A DNA stretch of 64,000 nt from an uncultured Planctomycetota bacterium (GCA_963849325.1 CAWKHF010000006.1:576001-640000); one strand, 5' to 3'. Shown: positions 21,204 through 34,100, counted from the stretch's first letter. Program-made: numbers and translations. The notes: generated by a model not told the origin, from the sequence alone.

Positions 21204-22697
21204 TCACGGACGCAGAGGCTTCTTGTTCTCGGCCTTCTTCATCCTCGCCGCGGTCGGAACGCGCAGGGAGGGGGCAAGACGAGCGCATTCTTCCAGATCC
21301 CGCTTGGCCTCTTCTGCCTTGCCCAATGCGGACAAAGCCACGGCTCGATCTGCATAAGCCAGCACATCCGAGGGATAATGCTGTACTGCTTCCGTTAACT
21401 CGGCGATAGCATCGTTCCATCGCCCTTGCATCAGATAGCAATGCCCCCGCAGCGAGAGCAGGCCGGTGGTATCGCTCTGCCCTTGGCTTAATTCCTTGAG
21501 TTCGTGGAGTGCCTGGTCCACTTCACCGAGACTCGCCGAGGCCCATGCATGTAACTGGCGAGCGAAGGTGTCTTTCGGGTCTAACTGAAGCGCTGCCTTG
21601 GCATCCGCCAAGGCTTCTCGATACTTGCCTAACCATATATTGACATGAGCCCGGCAAGTAATCGCCTCAGGATATTTGGGATCTAACTCGAGACATCGGC
21701 AGAGGTGACTGACTGCCTCGTTCGTATCCTTCCCCGCTATCCATTTGCCTAGCAAAAAGTGAGCTGTGGTCAACCGAGGGTTCAGTTCGATAGCCTTTCG
21801 CAGATCGGCGATCGCCTCCTCCAAAGTCCCCGCGATGAACTTGACGTTGGCGTACAACAGTGTTTCCCCTGCGGTGTGGGGACGTTGCTTGGAGACCTCT
21901 TCGAGTGTAAATTCCCGGTAGGGTTCGTGGAATCGGTACAGTTCCAGGCATGTTCGTTTGAATCTACGCCAATTTCCCTCCGCCAGTTGCAACGCCTGTT
22001 CAGATCGGCGCACGGCCTCATCCCAGTGACCGGCCTCCGCGTGGGCCGCCGCGAGTCTACTCAACGAGGGATACTCCTCGCGTCCCACCTGCTTACAATC
22101 CTCGCGAGCATACTCGACCGCACGTTGGCCGTCTCGAATCGCTGTCTCCGGACATGTCGCTAGTAGCTGCGCCAGGGCAGCCGCGGTGGGATTCTTGCCA
22201 CCCCGTTCGTAGGCGCGTTCGAGGTCCGCCCGCTCTTTGGCATACTGGTGTAGACCTCGGTAGATTCGAGCCCGGTTGTAATAGCATGCTGGATTGTCCG
22301 GCTCTATCCGAATGCCCTCGGTGAAATCGGCGAGGGCGGTCTCCCAGTCCCCCCGTAGTGAATACACGGCTCCTCGGTTGGCATAAACGGTGTATCGTCG
22401 GGAGCCGCGCTGGATCGCCCGGGTGTAGGCATCAATGGCCCGATCACCATCTCCTAGCTTTACACAGGCATGACCCAGCAGTTCATGGAGGTCGGGGTCG
22501 GACGGGTCAGACCGCAAGGCCGTCTCTAGCACGGAACGGGCCTCCCGATATTCGCCATGCCGCATGAGCTCCGCCCCTCGCCCATAAGCTGCCCGCGCGC
22601 CCCCCAGGAAACCTACTATCGTCTGCTGAGCAAAGCCGCATTTGGTCAGCGATAAGACGATGAGGGCCAGCAGGAAAGCGTTCCCCAGACGGTGCAT
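21204..22697 (-). CDS. Secreted TPR-repeat protein (partner of orphan Rhs module 1)
   Basis: Signal peptide, multiple TPR motifs, LATCPETAIRDGQRAV motif; GGAGG SD. Confidence 0.85.
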   Translation of the reverse strand: MHRLGNAFLLALIVLSLTKCGFAQQTIVGFLGGARAAYGRGAELMRHGEYREARSVLETALRSDPSDPDLHELLGHACVKLGDGDRAIDAYTRAIQRGSRRYTVYANRGAVYSLRGDWETALADFTEGIRIEPDNPACYYNRARIYRGLHQYAKERADLERAYERGGKNPTAAALAQLLATCPETAIRDGQRAVEYAREDCKQVGREEYPSLSRLAAAHAEAGHWDEAVRRSEQALQLAEGNWRRFKRTCLELYRFHEPYREFTLEEVSKQRPHTAGETLLYANVKFIAGTLEEAIADLRKAIELNPRLTTAHFLLGKWIAGKDTNEAVSHLCRCLELDPKYPEAITCRAHVNIWLGKYREALADAKAALQLDPKDTFARQLHAWASASLGEVDQALHELKELSQGQSDTTGLLSLRGHCYLMQGRWNDAIAELTEAVQHYPSDVLAYADRAVALSALGKAEEAKRDLEECARLAPSLRVPTAARMKKAENKKPLRP

Positions 22698-22854
22698 GAT
22701 CCTCCTCCCCAAGAAAGGACTTTTTGGGCCATTCTCCTACGAGGGGCGATGTAGCGAATGTCCCTTCCGTGCGTCAAGACCTAATGCCAAGTCTCCAGGC
22801 CAGTACTCGCCAGGCATCAGCTTGACCGTCGAGCACTGTTGCGAGTTAGGTCCA

Positions 22855-25800
22855 TCAACGCCGATTGGATCCTCGTCCCCGCCACCAAACCCCGCCTCCG
22901 CCAAACTGGCAGCCAAGCCCGAAGTAGCCGCTGCCTTCCTTCTTCGTGGATCCTCCGATTGGGGATCCCTGATAAAATCCCCCCACGTTTGTACCAGGAA
23001 GCGAGTAGATACTGCCGGGTGGATACATGCCTGGCGGCAACGCCCCTGAAAGAGTAGGGCTGGTAGGCGGCTGCGGAGGCTCCCCCACAGTGATTGGCCG
23101 AGATCCTGAGGGAGGGTAATTCGGCCATGCCGTCCCACCGTATCTATGCGGCGCATAGCCTCCCTGCAGAGGGTTCGGTCCCACATAGCCATTGAACGCA
23201 CGAGGTGGCTCTGGGGTCAGTTTCCGAGGCGGACCCAAAATGACCGAGGTCGTGCCGGGCGGACTTTCTGTCTCGCACGCCGTCCATTGGACCCTCTGAA
23301 TGACCGTGATCTTGTTGCGCGGCAGCGAGGGAGGTAGCGCGGTAACCCTTGCGATGGGAATCTGGATCACAGGCGGCGTGGTGCCAAGGACGCCGATCAT
23401 GGTGCTAGGAGGAACAAATCGAACTCCACCCACGTCAATCACGACATGGCCGATGAGGACGGCTGTTGGGTCGCCGAAATCGAACTGTCTGGGCGGTTGG
23501 GGTTGCGGTTTCGGACCCACCCGCCTCCAGTTCGGGGGGAGAGGCGACAATCCCAGTGGATCGAGCGCATCCGTCGGTCCATTGTCCTCCCAGCGGTAGA
23601 CGTTGTTGCCAGGTATCAACCCCAGCGGATCCACTTGCAGCGGCCGCATCAGTGTAGGCGACACGACGCGGCCGGAGAAGGTGGAATACAGGCCCACTGT
23701 CGATTCGTAACGCATCCCCTGCCACAAGTACGGCATAGCGTAGACGCTGCTGTCCCGTACCGAGAAATCCGGGTTCAATACCGTCACCGCACCGAAGGGG
23801 CTATAAGCGTAGCGCTCGACCACGTTACCGCCGACATCGACCAGTGTCGTCACGTTCCAGTTGGCGTCCTGTTGCACGTACAGGTGCTGATCCAAAACGC
23901 CGTTGCCCTGGCTCGATTGGTCGCGCAGCACCAAGGCGTTGACGTACACTGGACTCCACACGTTGCGTGCCTCCACCGCGCCGCCGACACGTTCCTCCAA
24001 CACCTGCCCCGCCGACGACAGGTACAGGTCGGTCGTCGTGCCGCCGTGCGTCTCCGTGATGCGGCGGCCTAAGCCGTCATAGCCATAAGCGGCGACCGTC
24101 GTACCGTTGTTTTGCACGGCCACCAACTGGTTCCAGGCATCGTAGACATAGGTGTTGCCGCTGCCGTCCGCCGTCAGATTGCCGTTGGCATCATACGTCA
24201 CCGCTCCCGCACCCGAAATCGACGTGACCTCGTTCTGCTGGTTGAACGTCTCCGTCTGCGTCACGCCGTTGGTCGTCGTGCTGGTGAAGTTACCCAGCGC
24301 ATCGAGAGACCAACTCTGACTCGCCGATGGCGTACCCACTATCGCCGTATTCGTGGAATTCAACGTGCCTTGCTGGTAGCTGATGAGTTCGTTCAGATCG
24401 TTGTACTGGTACAACTGGCTCATCACCGCATCGACGAGGTTCTGCTTATACAGCACGTCGCCGTCCGCGTCGTAGCCGTACTGGAAATCATCCGTCGATT
24501 GCTGCGTCGCCGTGTCGTACCAATTCTGACTGACTATCCTCCCAAAACGGTCCAAACCCACATAGCGGTCGCCCGCATCGCCCGTCTGCGACTGGTTCGG
24601 CTGGGCTATGAACGTCTGGTTGACGTTGGTCTGCGGATGGTCGCGCTCGACCACCGTGTCCAGGCCCAGGTACTTGTAGCTCTCCAGCGTGCCCGTACCG
24701 TCCGACAGCGACGACAGGCGGCTGATGTTGCTGCCCAACCCGGTGGCGTAGTTGTAGTAGACGACATAGCCGCTGGGGTAGACCAACTGCGTCAGTCGGC
24801 TGTTGTTCTGGCCGCCGGACATCTCGGTGTAACCGTACTGCACCTCCGGCGTCGTGCCCGGCACCACGGCACCGCTGTGCGACTGATACTCGCCGGTCAA
24901 CTGGCCCAGGCCGTTGTACACGTCCTGAACCTGGTTGACGACATTGCCGCCCGTTGGCGCATCGTAGCTGGTGGTCAGGTAGTTGTTGCCCTGGCTGTCG
25001 TAAGCGTACTCGATACGACGCACGCGGCCATCGACGCCAGCGCCCAACGTCGTCACGGCGTCCGAGGTCAAGCGCCCCAGCACGTCGTAGGTGTACTGGT
25101 GGACGTTGCCATTGGGGTCGGTGTACTGCACGGTCTGACCCAGGGCGTTGACCAGGTAACTGTCCTGATCGCTGTTGCTGGGATTGCCCGTCGTCGGGTC
25201 GGGGTGCTGGATCGCCGACAGAATGTCATTGCTGTTGACGCCGCTGCCGCTGGCCGTCGTCACGCCGTAGACGTACTGCGTCTGCTGATAGGCGCCGCCC
25301 GGTTCGTCGGCACGCACATAGGTCACGTTGTTGTCGCCGTCGTAGCCATACTCGGTGACGATGTTGCTGTCGGCGGTCTCGGTGCCGTCGGTGTAGTCCT
25401 GGATCGTCTCGGTGGTGCGGCCCAGAGCGTCGTAGTAGGTGCGATTGACGATCCCCATCGGGTCGGTCACGTCCTGCACCAAACCCATCGAATTATACGC
25501 ATACGTCGTCACCAACGCCGTCGCCGACGACGGCGGCGGCGTGCTCGGCCGCGTCCAGGCCACGCCGCCGTTGGTGCCCATGTCTACGCTGGCAGTCAAG
25601 CGATCCGCATTGTCGTAATAAGCGGCGGCATAGTAGACGCGCGCTCCGATGCCGCTGGTTGGATCGCCCAAAGGCCCGGTGCCGGTGGCGTTGTCGAAAC
25701 GCTGACGGTCGATGGTCTCGATGGCATTGTCGTCGCCGTCGTAGACGGACTGCACTTGCTCCAGCACCGTGTCGTTGGTCACGCTGACGGCGTCCGCCCA

Positions 25801-27022
25801 GGTCGTGCCGCCCGCACCGTCGGTGGTGGAATCCATCACGTCCCGGCCGGCGCCATCAAACTGGCTCTTGGTCCACAGCCCGCCCGGATCGGACTCGGCG
25901 ATGAGGTCGCCGCGATGATCGTAGTAATCGTTGGTGGTCAACGCCGTGCTCGACACTGCACCCGTGCTCGGGTTCACGTCGTAAACCTGCGTCTGGTAGA
26001 CGCGGCCCTGGTCGTCGTAACTATCGACCTCTTGCGCCCGCAACAGCGACGGGTCCAACGCTTGCAAGACACCGTTGACGACCTGCGGCGTTACGCCGTC
26101 GCCGTCGTACTGCTGCGTCTCAATCGCTTCACCGAGATTGTCGTAGGTGGTGACGACGATGAGCCGATGGGTGCCGTCGTTCTCGCTGTCCTGCACGCCC
26201 GACTTGGTGGCCACCAGCCGGTCCCGCCAGTCGTACCACATCTGCGTGATGCGCTCCGCTTCGTCCAGGCCGGGATAGTCCGTCTCTTCCGTCAGGTTGC
26301 CGTCGTCGACGCCGCCGTTGTCGTACTGGTAGCTCGACACCATCACCATGTTCGACGTGCCGGTGTTGTTGTTCGGCGACCACTCGCCGTACTCCGGCGT
26401 GTCGTTGGTGCCGACCCAATCGCTGACGGGCTGGCCCAGGCTGTTGTACACCGTGCGATAGATGGTGCCGTTGGCCGTCTGCGTGCGCGTCAAGCGGCCG
26501 CCGCTGTCGTAGCTGTACTGCGTCTGGTAATAGTTGACGTTGAGCGTGCCCATCATGCCGGTGCTGTAAGCCAAGCCACCGAGGTTGAAGTAGTTGTCCT
26601 CGGCGATGACCTGGCCGGCGTCGTTGGTGTAGTCCCGAGTGAGACTTTGCAGACCGCTGATGGCTTCGCTGCCGTTGGGCGTGCCGTCGGGGTTGAGGTT
26701 GGGCGCCGCCGTCATGGTCAGCGTCTCGGTGTAGCCGTCGGCGGCGTCCTGGCGGATGACCTCCGTCGGTCCCGTCGGCGTGCCGGTGCTGGCGTTCCAG
26801 CCCGGATAGATGCGTTCTTCGTGCTGGGCGTCGAGGTAGACGTAGTAGGTGACGTTGCCATCCGGCGAGGCCTCTTTCGTGGTCCGTTCCTGGTCGTCCA
26901 CCTGATACTGCGTCACCAGGTTCAGGCCGCCGCCCGTCGGCGTGCTCCAACCCGTTGGCAAGTTCGTGAACTCGCTCGTGTCCGCCGTGTTCACGTCGGC
27001 AATCTGCATCAGCAGGGCACCT
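22855..27022 (-). pseudogene. Orphan Rhs module 1: core plus Pro/Gly-rich C-terminal tip
   Basis: Open frame with YD repeats, RHS-core motifs (YAYSPFG, QVDPLG, WEDNGPTDALDPLGL) and a 230-aa tip; lacks a native 5' end. Confidence 0.85.
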
Positions 27023-27024
27023 GG

Positions 27025-27220
27025 CGGCGGTTCGCAGGGGTTGCATGACGTGGTCTGGGGCAGCGGCGACAGCCGCGCCGCCGAGATGCTGCGCGTGCTC
27101 AAGGCCAAGGGGTTCAAGGGACCGATCGCCATCGAGTACGAATGGAAGTGGGACATTCCCACGCTGCTCCAGTGCGTCGCGTTCTTCCACGAGCAGGCCA
27201 ACAAGCTCGCCGCCGAGTGA
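27025..27220 (+). pseudogene. 3' fragment of a sugar-phosphate isomerase/epimerase gene, copy 2
   Basis: HDVVWGSGD...IAIEYEWKWD...NKLAAE*. Confidence 0.7.
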
Positions 27221-27228
27221 GCCGCTCC

Positions 27229-27282
27229 GAGAACGGTGTCAGGAACCTTTTAAGACCTTAAAAGGTTCCTGACACCGTTCTC
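27229..27282. repeat. Perfect palindrome with 26-bp arms, same family as 21077
   Basis: gagaacggtgtcaggaaccttttaag-ac-cttaaaaggttcctgacaccgttctc. Confidence 0.9.
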
Positions 27283-27325
27283 TTTCTTTTCTCTTTCCTT
27301 ACTGACAACTTTTCCTCCCTTCTTT

Positions 27326-28093
27326 TTATTTTCGTGGCCGGAGATACAAATCGAGTGTTGAAAAATCAATGATGGCTCGGTATTTCATCAAAACATCTGA
27401 ACCAAGCTCTCCATCAATCGGCGGATCGAAGTACGCCTTAAGGGTTCTATTAACATCTGACAAGTCGTGTCCCCCAACCAACATTTCGCCGCTCTTGATC
27501 CCCCCCACTTCCAGACTGCTAATCGTGGCGGCATAATCGGTGGTTGACGCAGCTCCGCGAGGCTTATTCTTTTCCTCTTCCTTGCCCACAGCTTTCCATT
27601 TTAGCTGTAGATGCTTCGTCCGCTCAGGATCCAAGTGAGTCACCGGCTGCCCGCTATCCAGAATGAGGTGTACTTTCTTTTCATTAATCTGCATCCGAAT
27701 CCCAATATATCCGCAGTTGAATTTTTCGAGAAGAATCTTTTCGTACCCGTACTCCTTCAAAAGTGTGGAGATCTCCCTCGGTCGTTCATTTCTCCATAGG
27801 CCTGCCAGATTATAAGGAGCGGTCTTCAGCCATAACTGAGATGCCTCCTTTTCCGAATCGATTTTCAAGATTGGAAGCCAGATAGCATTCCCATTATCCT
27901 GCCTGCGGAGCATCCACGTCTTCCCATGATGCGGATCAAGCATCAGTGCGCAGTCCCCAGCATGCTGTACAATGTACCTCGTATTCGAATTCTCAGGTTT
28001 CGGGGAGACATCCTGAGATCGCAGTGCAAGGAGCCAACTCCCGAAGGCGAGGGATACGATCACCACAATGAGAGACACTCGTTGACAAGACAT
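27326..28093 (-). CDS. Secreted retropepsin-like aspartyl protease family protein (partner of full-length Rhs)
   Basis: N-terminal hydrophobic segment; LILDSG and IDGELGSDVL...IIDF motifs; low GC. Confidence 0.75.
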   Translation of the reverse strand: MSCQRVSLIVVIVSLAFGSWLLALRSQDVSPKPENSNTRYIVQHAGDCALMLDPHHGKTWMLRRQDNGNAIWLPILKIDSEKEASQLWLKTAPYNLAGLWRNERPREISTLLKEYGYEKILLEKFNCGYIGIRMQINEKKVHLILDSGQPVTHLDPERTKHLQLKWKAVGKEEEKNKPRGAASTTDYAATISSLEVGGIKSGEMLVGGHDLSDVNRTLKAYFDPPIDGELGSDVLMKYRAIIDFSTLDLYLRPRK

Positions 28094-28157
28094 CTTAGAT
28101 CTCCAATGCTAACTTCTCGAAACAGAAAGACGCCTTTTTACAACCCCAAAGGGTGGC

Positions 28158-31100
28158 TTATATGATAATTGGCGGCGGGTTCGGCGGCGGCGGCGGTGGT
28201 GGTATCGGTGGCCACCCACGAGGGAGAATCGGAGGTAACGGTGGAATGCATCCCGGAGGGATACGCGGGATAGGGAATGCACGTGGATTAGGAATAGGCA
28301 GCAAAGGGAATGGCGGAACAGGTAACCAGATCCAATTTGGTGGGGGTGGTACGGGCCGCAGTGGGACAGGCCTCGCCCCTGGTGGTAGAAATCCTCTCCC
28401 TATTCGTCCGCCAATCCCTCCTGGCATACCTGGCGGTAACGGTATTGGCCGTCCAGGTAAATTCCTCCCTGGTGCTGGACGAGGGGGTGGCGGCGGCGTG
28501 ACCTCACCACCTGGCCCCGGCGGCACATTATAATAGGCGTCTGACAGAGCTCCCGCCTCATATGGGCGGATCGACGACTGTCCATCTAGGCCTGTCGAGT
28601 CCACCATATCCATCGGCCTATTATTCTCCCAGCGGTAGTAGTCGTTGTCTGGCCCCAACCCCGCGTAGTCTGGCTGCAACGCCCGCATCAACGCCGGCGA
28701 CACCGGGCGGGTGAGCGTGAGATATAGCCCAGCGTAACTATCGATGCGCATGTCCTGGGAGCCGTAGGGCACGGCGAAGGCGCTTATGCCGCGCAGCGTC
28801 CCATCGGGGTTGAGCACCGTCACGGCCCCGAAAGGATCATCGGCGTAACGCTCCAGCACGTTGCCAGTGCCATCGACCAGCGCCGTCACGTTCCAGTTGG
28901 TGTCCTGCTGCACATACAGCCGTTGGTCCAGGACGCCGTTGTCCTGGCTCGACTGGTCGCGCAGCACCAGGGCATTGACGTACACCGGACTCCACACGTT
29001 GCGCCGCCTGTACCACGCCGCTGACACGCTCCTCCAGCACCTGTCCCGCCGCCGACAGGTATAGGTCCGTCGTCGTGCTGCCATGCGTTTCCGTGATGCG
29101 ACGGCCCAAGCCGTCATAGCCATAGGCAGCCACCGTCGTGCCGTTATTCTGCACCGCCACCAGGCGGTTCCATGCATCGTAGACGTAGGTATTGCCGCTG
29201 CCGTCCGCCGTCAGATTGCCATTGGCGTCATACGTCACCGCACTCGAACCCGAGATGGACGTGATCTCGTTCTGCTGATTGGTCGTCCGCGTCTGCGTCG
29301 CGCCGTTGGTGGTCACGCTGGTGAAATTGCCCAACGCATCAGGAGACCAACTCTGGCTCGCCGATGGCGTACCCACCATCGCCGTATCTGACGCATTCAA
29401 CGTGCCACGCTGGAAGTTGATGAGCTGGTGCAGGTCGTCATAGCCGTACAGCTCACTCATCACGGCATCGACGAGGTTTTGCTTGTACAGCACGTCACCA
29501 TCGGCGTTGTAGCCATAGCCGAAGTTGTCGGTCGATTGCTGCGTCGCCGTGTCGTACCAATTCTGACTGGCCACTCGCCCGAAACGGTCCAGACCGACGT
29601 ACCGGTCGCCCGCATCTCCCGTCTGTGACTGGTTCGGCTGGGCAATGAACGTCTGGTTGACGTGGTTCTGCGGGTGGTCGCGCTCGACCACCGTGTCCAG
29701 GCCCAGGTACTTGTAGCTCTCCAGCGTGCCGCTGCCGTCCGACAGCGACGACAGCCGACTGATGCTGCTGTCCAGGCCCGTGTTGTAATTGTAGTTGACG
29801 GCGTAGCCGCTGGGATAGACCAACTGTGTCGGCCGGCTGTTATTCTGACCGCCGGACATCTCCGTGTAGCCGTACTGCACCACCGGCGTGGTGTTGAAGT
29901 TGACCGGGCCGTTGTGCGACTGATACTCGGCCGTCAGCTGCCCCAGGCCGTTGTAGGTCCGCTGCACCTGATTGACGATGTTGCCACCCGTCGCCGCGTC
30001 GTAGCTGGTGATGAGATAGTTGTTGCCCTGGCTGTCGTAGCCGTACTCAATGCGGCGTACCGAACCATCCACGCTGGTGCCCAGGGTCGTCACGGCGTCG
30101 CTGGTCAGCCGGCCCAGCACGTCATAGGCGTACTGGTGGACGTTGCCGTTACGGTCGGTGGACTGTACCACCTCTCCCAGCGCGTTGACCAGGTAGCTGT
30201 CTTGCTGGCTGCTGCTGGGAGTGCCGGTCGTTGGATCGGGATGCTGGATCGCCGACAGAATGTCGTTGCTGTTGACGCCACTGCCGCTGGCGGTGGTCAC
30301 GCCGTAGACGTATTGCGTCTGCTGATAGGCGCCGCCCGGTTCGTCGGCACGCACATAGGTCACATTGTTGTCGCCGTCGTAGCCGTACTCGGTGGCGATG
30401 TTGCTGTCGGCGGTCTCGGTGCCATCGGTGTAGTCCTGGATCGTCTTCGTGGTGCGGCCCAGGTTGTCGTACAGCGTGCGCGTGACGAGGCCCATCGGGT
30501 CGGTCACGTCTTGCACCAGACCCATGCCATTATAGGCATACGTCGTCACCAACGCCGTCGCCGACGCGGCCGGCGGCGTATCCGGCCGCGTCCAGACCGT
30601 GCCGCCGTTGGTGCCCACGTCCACGTCCGCCGTGATACGATCCGCTGCATCGTAGTAGGCCGCCGCATAGTACACGCGCGCACCAATGCCGCTCGTCGGA
30701 TTGCCCAATGGCCCCGTGCCCGTGGCATTGTCGAAACGCTGGCTGTCAATCGTCTCGATGGCGTTACCGTCGCCGTCGTAAACCGTCTGCTGTTGCTCCA
30801 GCACCGTATCGTTGGCCACGCTGCCTGCCGCCGACCAACTCGTGCCGCCCGCACCGTCGGTGGTGGAGTCCATCACGTCGCGGCCGACGCCGTCGAACTG
30901 GCTCTTGGTCCACAAGCCGCCCGGAGCGGACTCCGCCAGCAAATTGCCGCGATGGTCGAAGTAATAATTCGTTGCCAGGGCCGTGCTGGATACAGCCCCC
31001 GTGCTCGGGTTCACGTCGAAGACTTGCGTCTGATAGACGCGGCCCTGATCGTCGTAACTATCGACCTCCTGCGTCCGCAGCAGATTGGACGCCAACGCTT

Positions 31101-34100
31101 GCAGCACACCGTTGACGATCTGCGGCGTCACGCCGTCACCATCGTACTGCTGGGTCTGGATCGCCTCCCCGAGATTGTCGTAGGTGGTGACGACGATGGG
31201 TCGATGCGTGCCGTCGTTTTCGCTGGCCTGCACGCCCGATTTGGTGGCGACGACGCGATCGCGCCAGTCGTACCACATCTGGGTAACGCGGTCGGCCTGG
31301 CCCAGTCCCGGCGAGTCGGTCTCCTGCGTCAGGTTGCCGTCGCCGACGCCGCCGTTGTCGTACTGGTAGCTCGACACCATCACCATGTTCGACGTGCCGG
31401 TGTTGTTGTTCGGCGACCATTCGCCGTACTGCGGCGTGTCGTTGGTGCCGACCCAATCGCTGACGGCCTCGCCCAGACTGTTGTACACCGTGCGGTAGAT
31501 GGTGCCGTTGGCCGTCTGCGTTCGATCGAGACGACCGCCGCTGTCGTAGCCGTACTGCGTCTGGTAATAGTTGACGTTGAGCGTGCCCATCACGCCGGTG
31601 CTGTAAGCCAGGCCGCCCAGGTTGAAGTAGTCGTCCTCGGTGATGACCTGACCGGCGTCGTTGGTGTAGTCCCGAGTGAGACTTTGCAGACCGCTAATGC
31701 CTTCGCTGCCGTTGGGCGTGCCGTCGGGGTTGAGGTTGGGCGCCGCCGTCATGGTCAGCGTCTCGGTGTAGCCGTCGGCGGCGTCCTGGCGGATGACCTC
31801 CGTCGGTCCCGTCGGCGTGCCGGTGCTGGCGTTCCAGCCTTGATAGATACGCTCCTCGTGCTGCGGGTCGAGGTAGACGTAGTAGGTGACGCTGCCGCCG
31901 GGCGACGTTTCCTTGATGGTGCGTCCCAACGCATCCACCTGGTCCGTCGTCACCAGGTTGAGGCCGCCGCCCGCCGGCGTGCTCCAACCCGTCGGCAGGT
32001 TCGTGAACTCGCTCGTGTCGGCCGTGTTGACATCGGCAATGCTCGTCACCAGCGCTCCCGTCAGCGGATCGTAGGCGTCATACTGGAGGTAGCCGTCGGG
32101 GTCTTGTACCCAGATAGGGTCTCCATTCGTATCGAAGACAGTCGTTGTCACGTCGGCCGTGCCCGGACCATTCTGGGCCGACGAGATGACCGGCGCGCTC
32201 ACCGTCTCCGAGTGCACCTCGGCCGTGCCGGTGTACCAGGTGTAGGCGTAGGAAGTCGTCTCGGCGCCGCTGCCGTCGCTGTTGCGATACACCGTGTCCG
32301 TGGCGATGGGCGCGAGGGTCTGACCGTTGAAAGCGTGGGCGTAATACTGCCAGGTCTCTTGCGGAATGAGCGTGCCCTGCTGACCCTGCTGAATCTGCTC
32401 GTCTTCGAGGTAGCCGGCCACGCCGCCCGCCGTCGTCTCCGTCGCCGTCGTCGTTGTGTAGTAGGCGTAGCGCGTGATCAGGCCGCTCGTATTGTTGAGA
32501 TACGGATAGTTGCCATTGCCGTTGCCCACCAGGCCGGCGTCGTAGTAGCTGTAGCCGCTGACGGCCGATGGCGCCGCTTGCAGGATGAGCTGGCCCTGGT
32601 CGTTGTAGGCGTAGAAGTTGTCCGTATCGAGGCCGCTGACCGGATCGTAGTGATCGACGAGCATGGTCTGGCCGTAGGCGTTGGTATAGACCGTGTCGCT
32701 GCTGCCGTCGGGATTGGTCACGCCCGTTTGCATCGCCCAGCTGTTGAAGCCGGGGGCGTTGTTGCTGGCGGTGTAGCTGAAGGTGTAGGTGCCCAGCCCG
32801 CCGCTGCTCGTGGAATCGCCCGCGCCTTGGGCCACTTCCCGGGTGACACGCTGCTGGCTGTCGTACTGGAAGTAGTTATCGGCGTAGGGGGCCACCTGCG
32901 CGTCGGTGAGGTCGCCGAGGTCGGTGCCCAGGGCGGCGGTCAGTCGGGTGTAGGAGGCGGGGTTGAAGACGTACTCCAGACCGCCGGCGTAGCCGTCGGC
33001 CTGTCCGTCGGTGTAGTAGCGGTAGTAGCTGGTGGACAGGACGTTGCCCTGACCGTCGAGGACGCTGGCGGTCATGAGATCGCCGAGGCTGCCGCCGTAC
33101 TGCTGGCTGCCGTCGTAGTAGCTGTACTGGACCTGCTGCACGGTGGTCCAGGCGCCGCCGTTGGTCTGCTGCCGCAGGGTCACGCTTTGGAGCAGGCCGG
33201 CGTTAGGGTCGGTGGAAGGCAGGTAGCTGTACAGCCACGATTCGGTGACGGTGTTGCCGTTGCTGCTGCCCGAACGCTGCATCGCGGCGATGTGGCCGTC
33301 GGCGGTGTAGGCGGTGACGGCCATGGTGACGCCGTTGGCGTCGGTGTAACTCTGGAATTGGCCCTGCTGGGCGGCTGGCCGGCTGGAGTCGAAGCCATCG
33401 AAGACGATCTGATCGCCCTGGCCGTCGATCAGCGTGTAGGTATCGTTGCTTCGGTTATAAGTTAGGTTCGAGGGATCGCGGAACCGTACCTGGTAGGTGC
33501 CGTCACCCTGGCTGTCGAAGTAGTAAGCGGTGGTGCCGTTGGCGAGGACGGCGAGGGTGTTGTTGGTCTCGCCGTCGGCCCGGACGAGGTGCGGCGTATA
33601 GGTATCGAGCCAGCCGGAGCCGTTGTCGGAGCCGGTGGCGTAGCCGGGGCCGTTGCTCCAGGAGCGCGTCTGTCCCCAGGCGAAGCCGAAGGCGTCGGAG
33701 TGCAGGTCGGTCTCGGCGATGTTCACCACGCCATCGGCGTAGCGCACCGGGAGAGGAGTCAGGATCGGGGGCGTTGTTTGGACGGCAGGCCCACCCGTGT
33801 TTGCGTCGCCAGGTGTGTAGGTGGCGGCGTTAGTATTGGCGGTCAATTGCACCAGGCTGCCGGGCTGGTTGGGGCAACCGCAGTTGCAGCTGGGTCCAGG
33901 GACGAAGGGCGTCGGCGTGGGAGTCGGAGTGGGCGTCGGCGTCGGGGTGGGCGTTGGAGTCGGCGTGGGCGTGGTAACGTCGGCCGAAGTCGCGAACGAG
34001 GTTTGGCTGCCGCCTACATCCGTAATGGTCACGCTGATCGGGTAGGAGCCGGTAGCGGCGTAGGTGTGCGTGCCATCGACGTAGAATTCGCTATCGTTTT

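Noticed and set aside
27025-27204. ORF-track N-terminus MLACSWKN... for the orphan Rhs modules
   Set aside because: It is the antisense reading of the isomerase fragment, with a TTG start and no convincing SD; not treated as a real start, though expression is not excluded
24112-33465. Very long + strand ORFs (978 aa, 1267 aa) and similar shadow ORFs elsewhere
   Set aside because: They are antisense to Rhs genes; high GC and codon bias explain the lack of stops, and the translations carry no recognisable motifs
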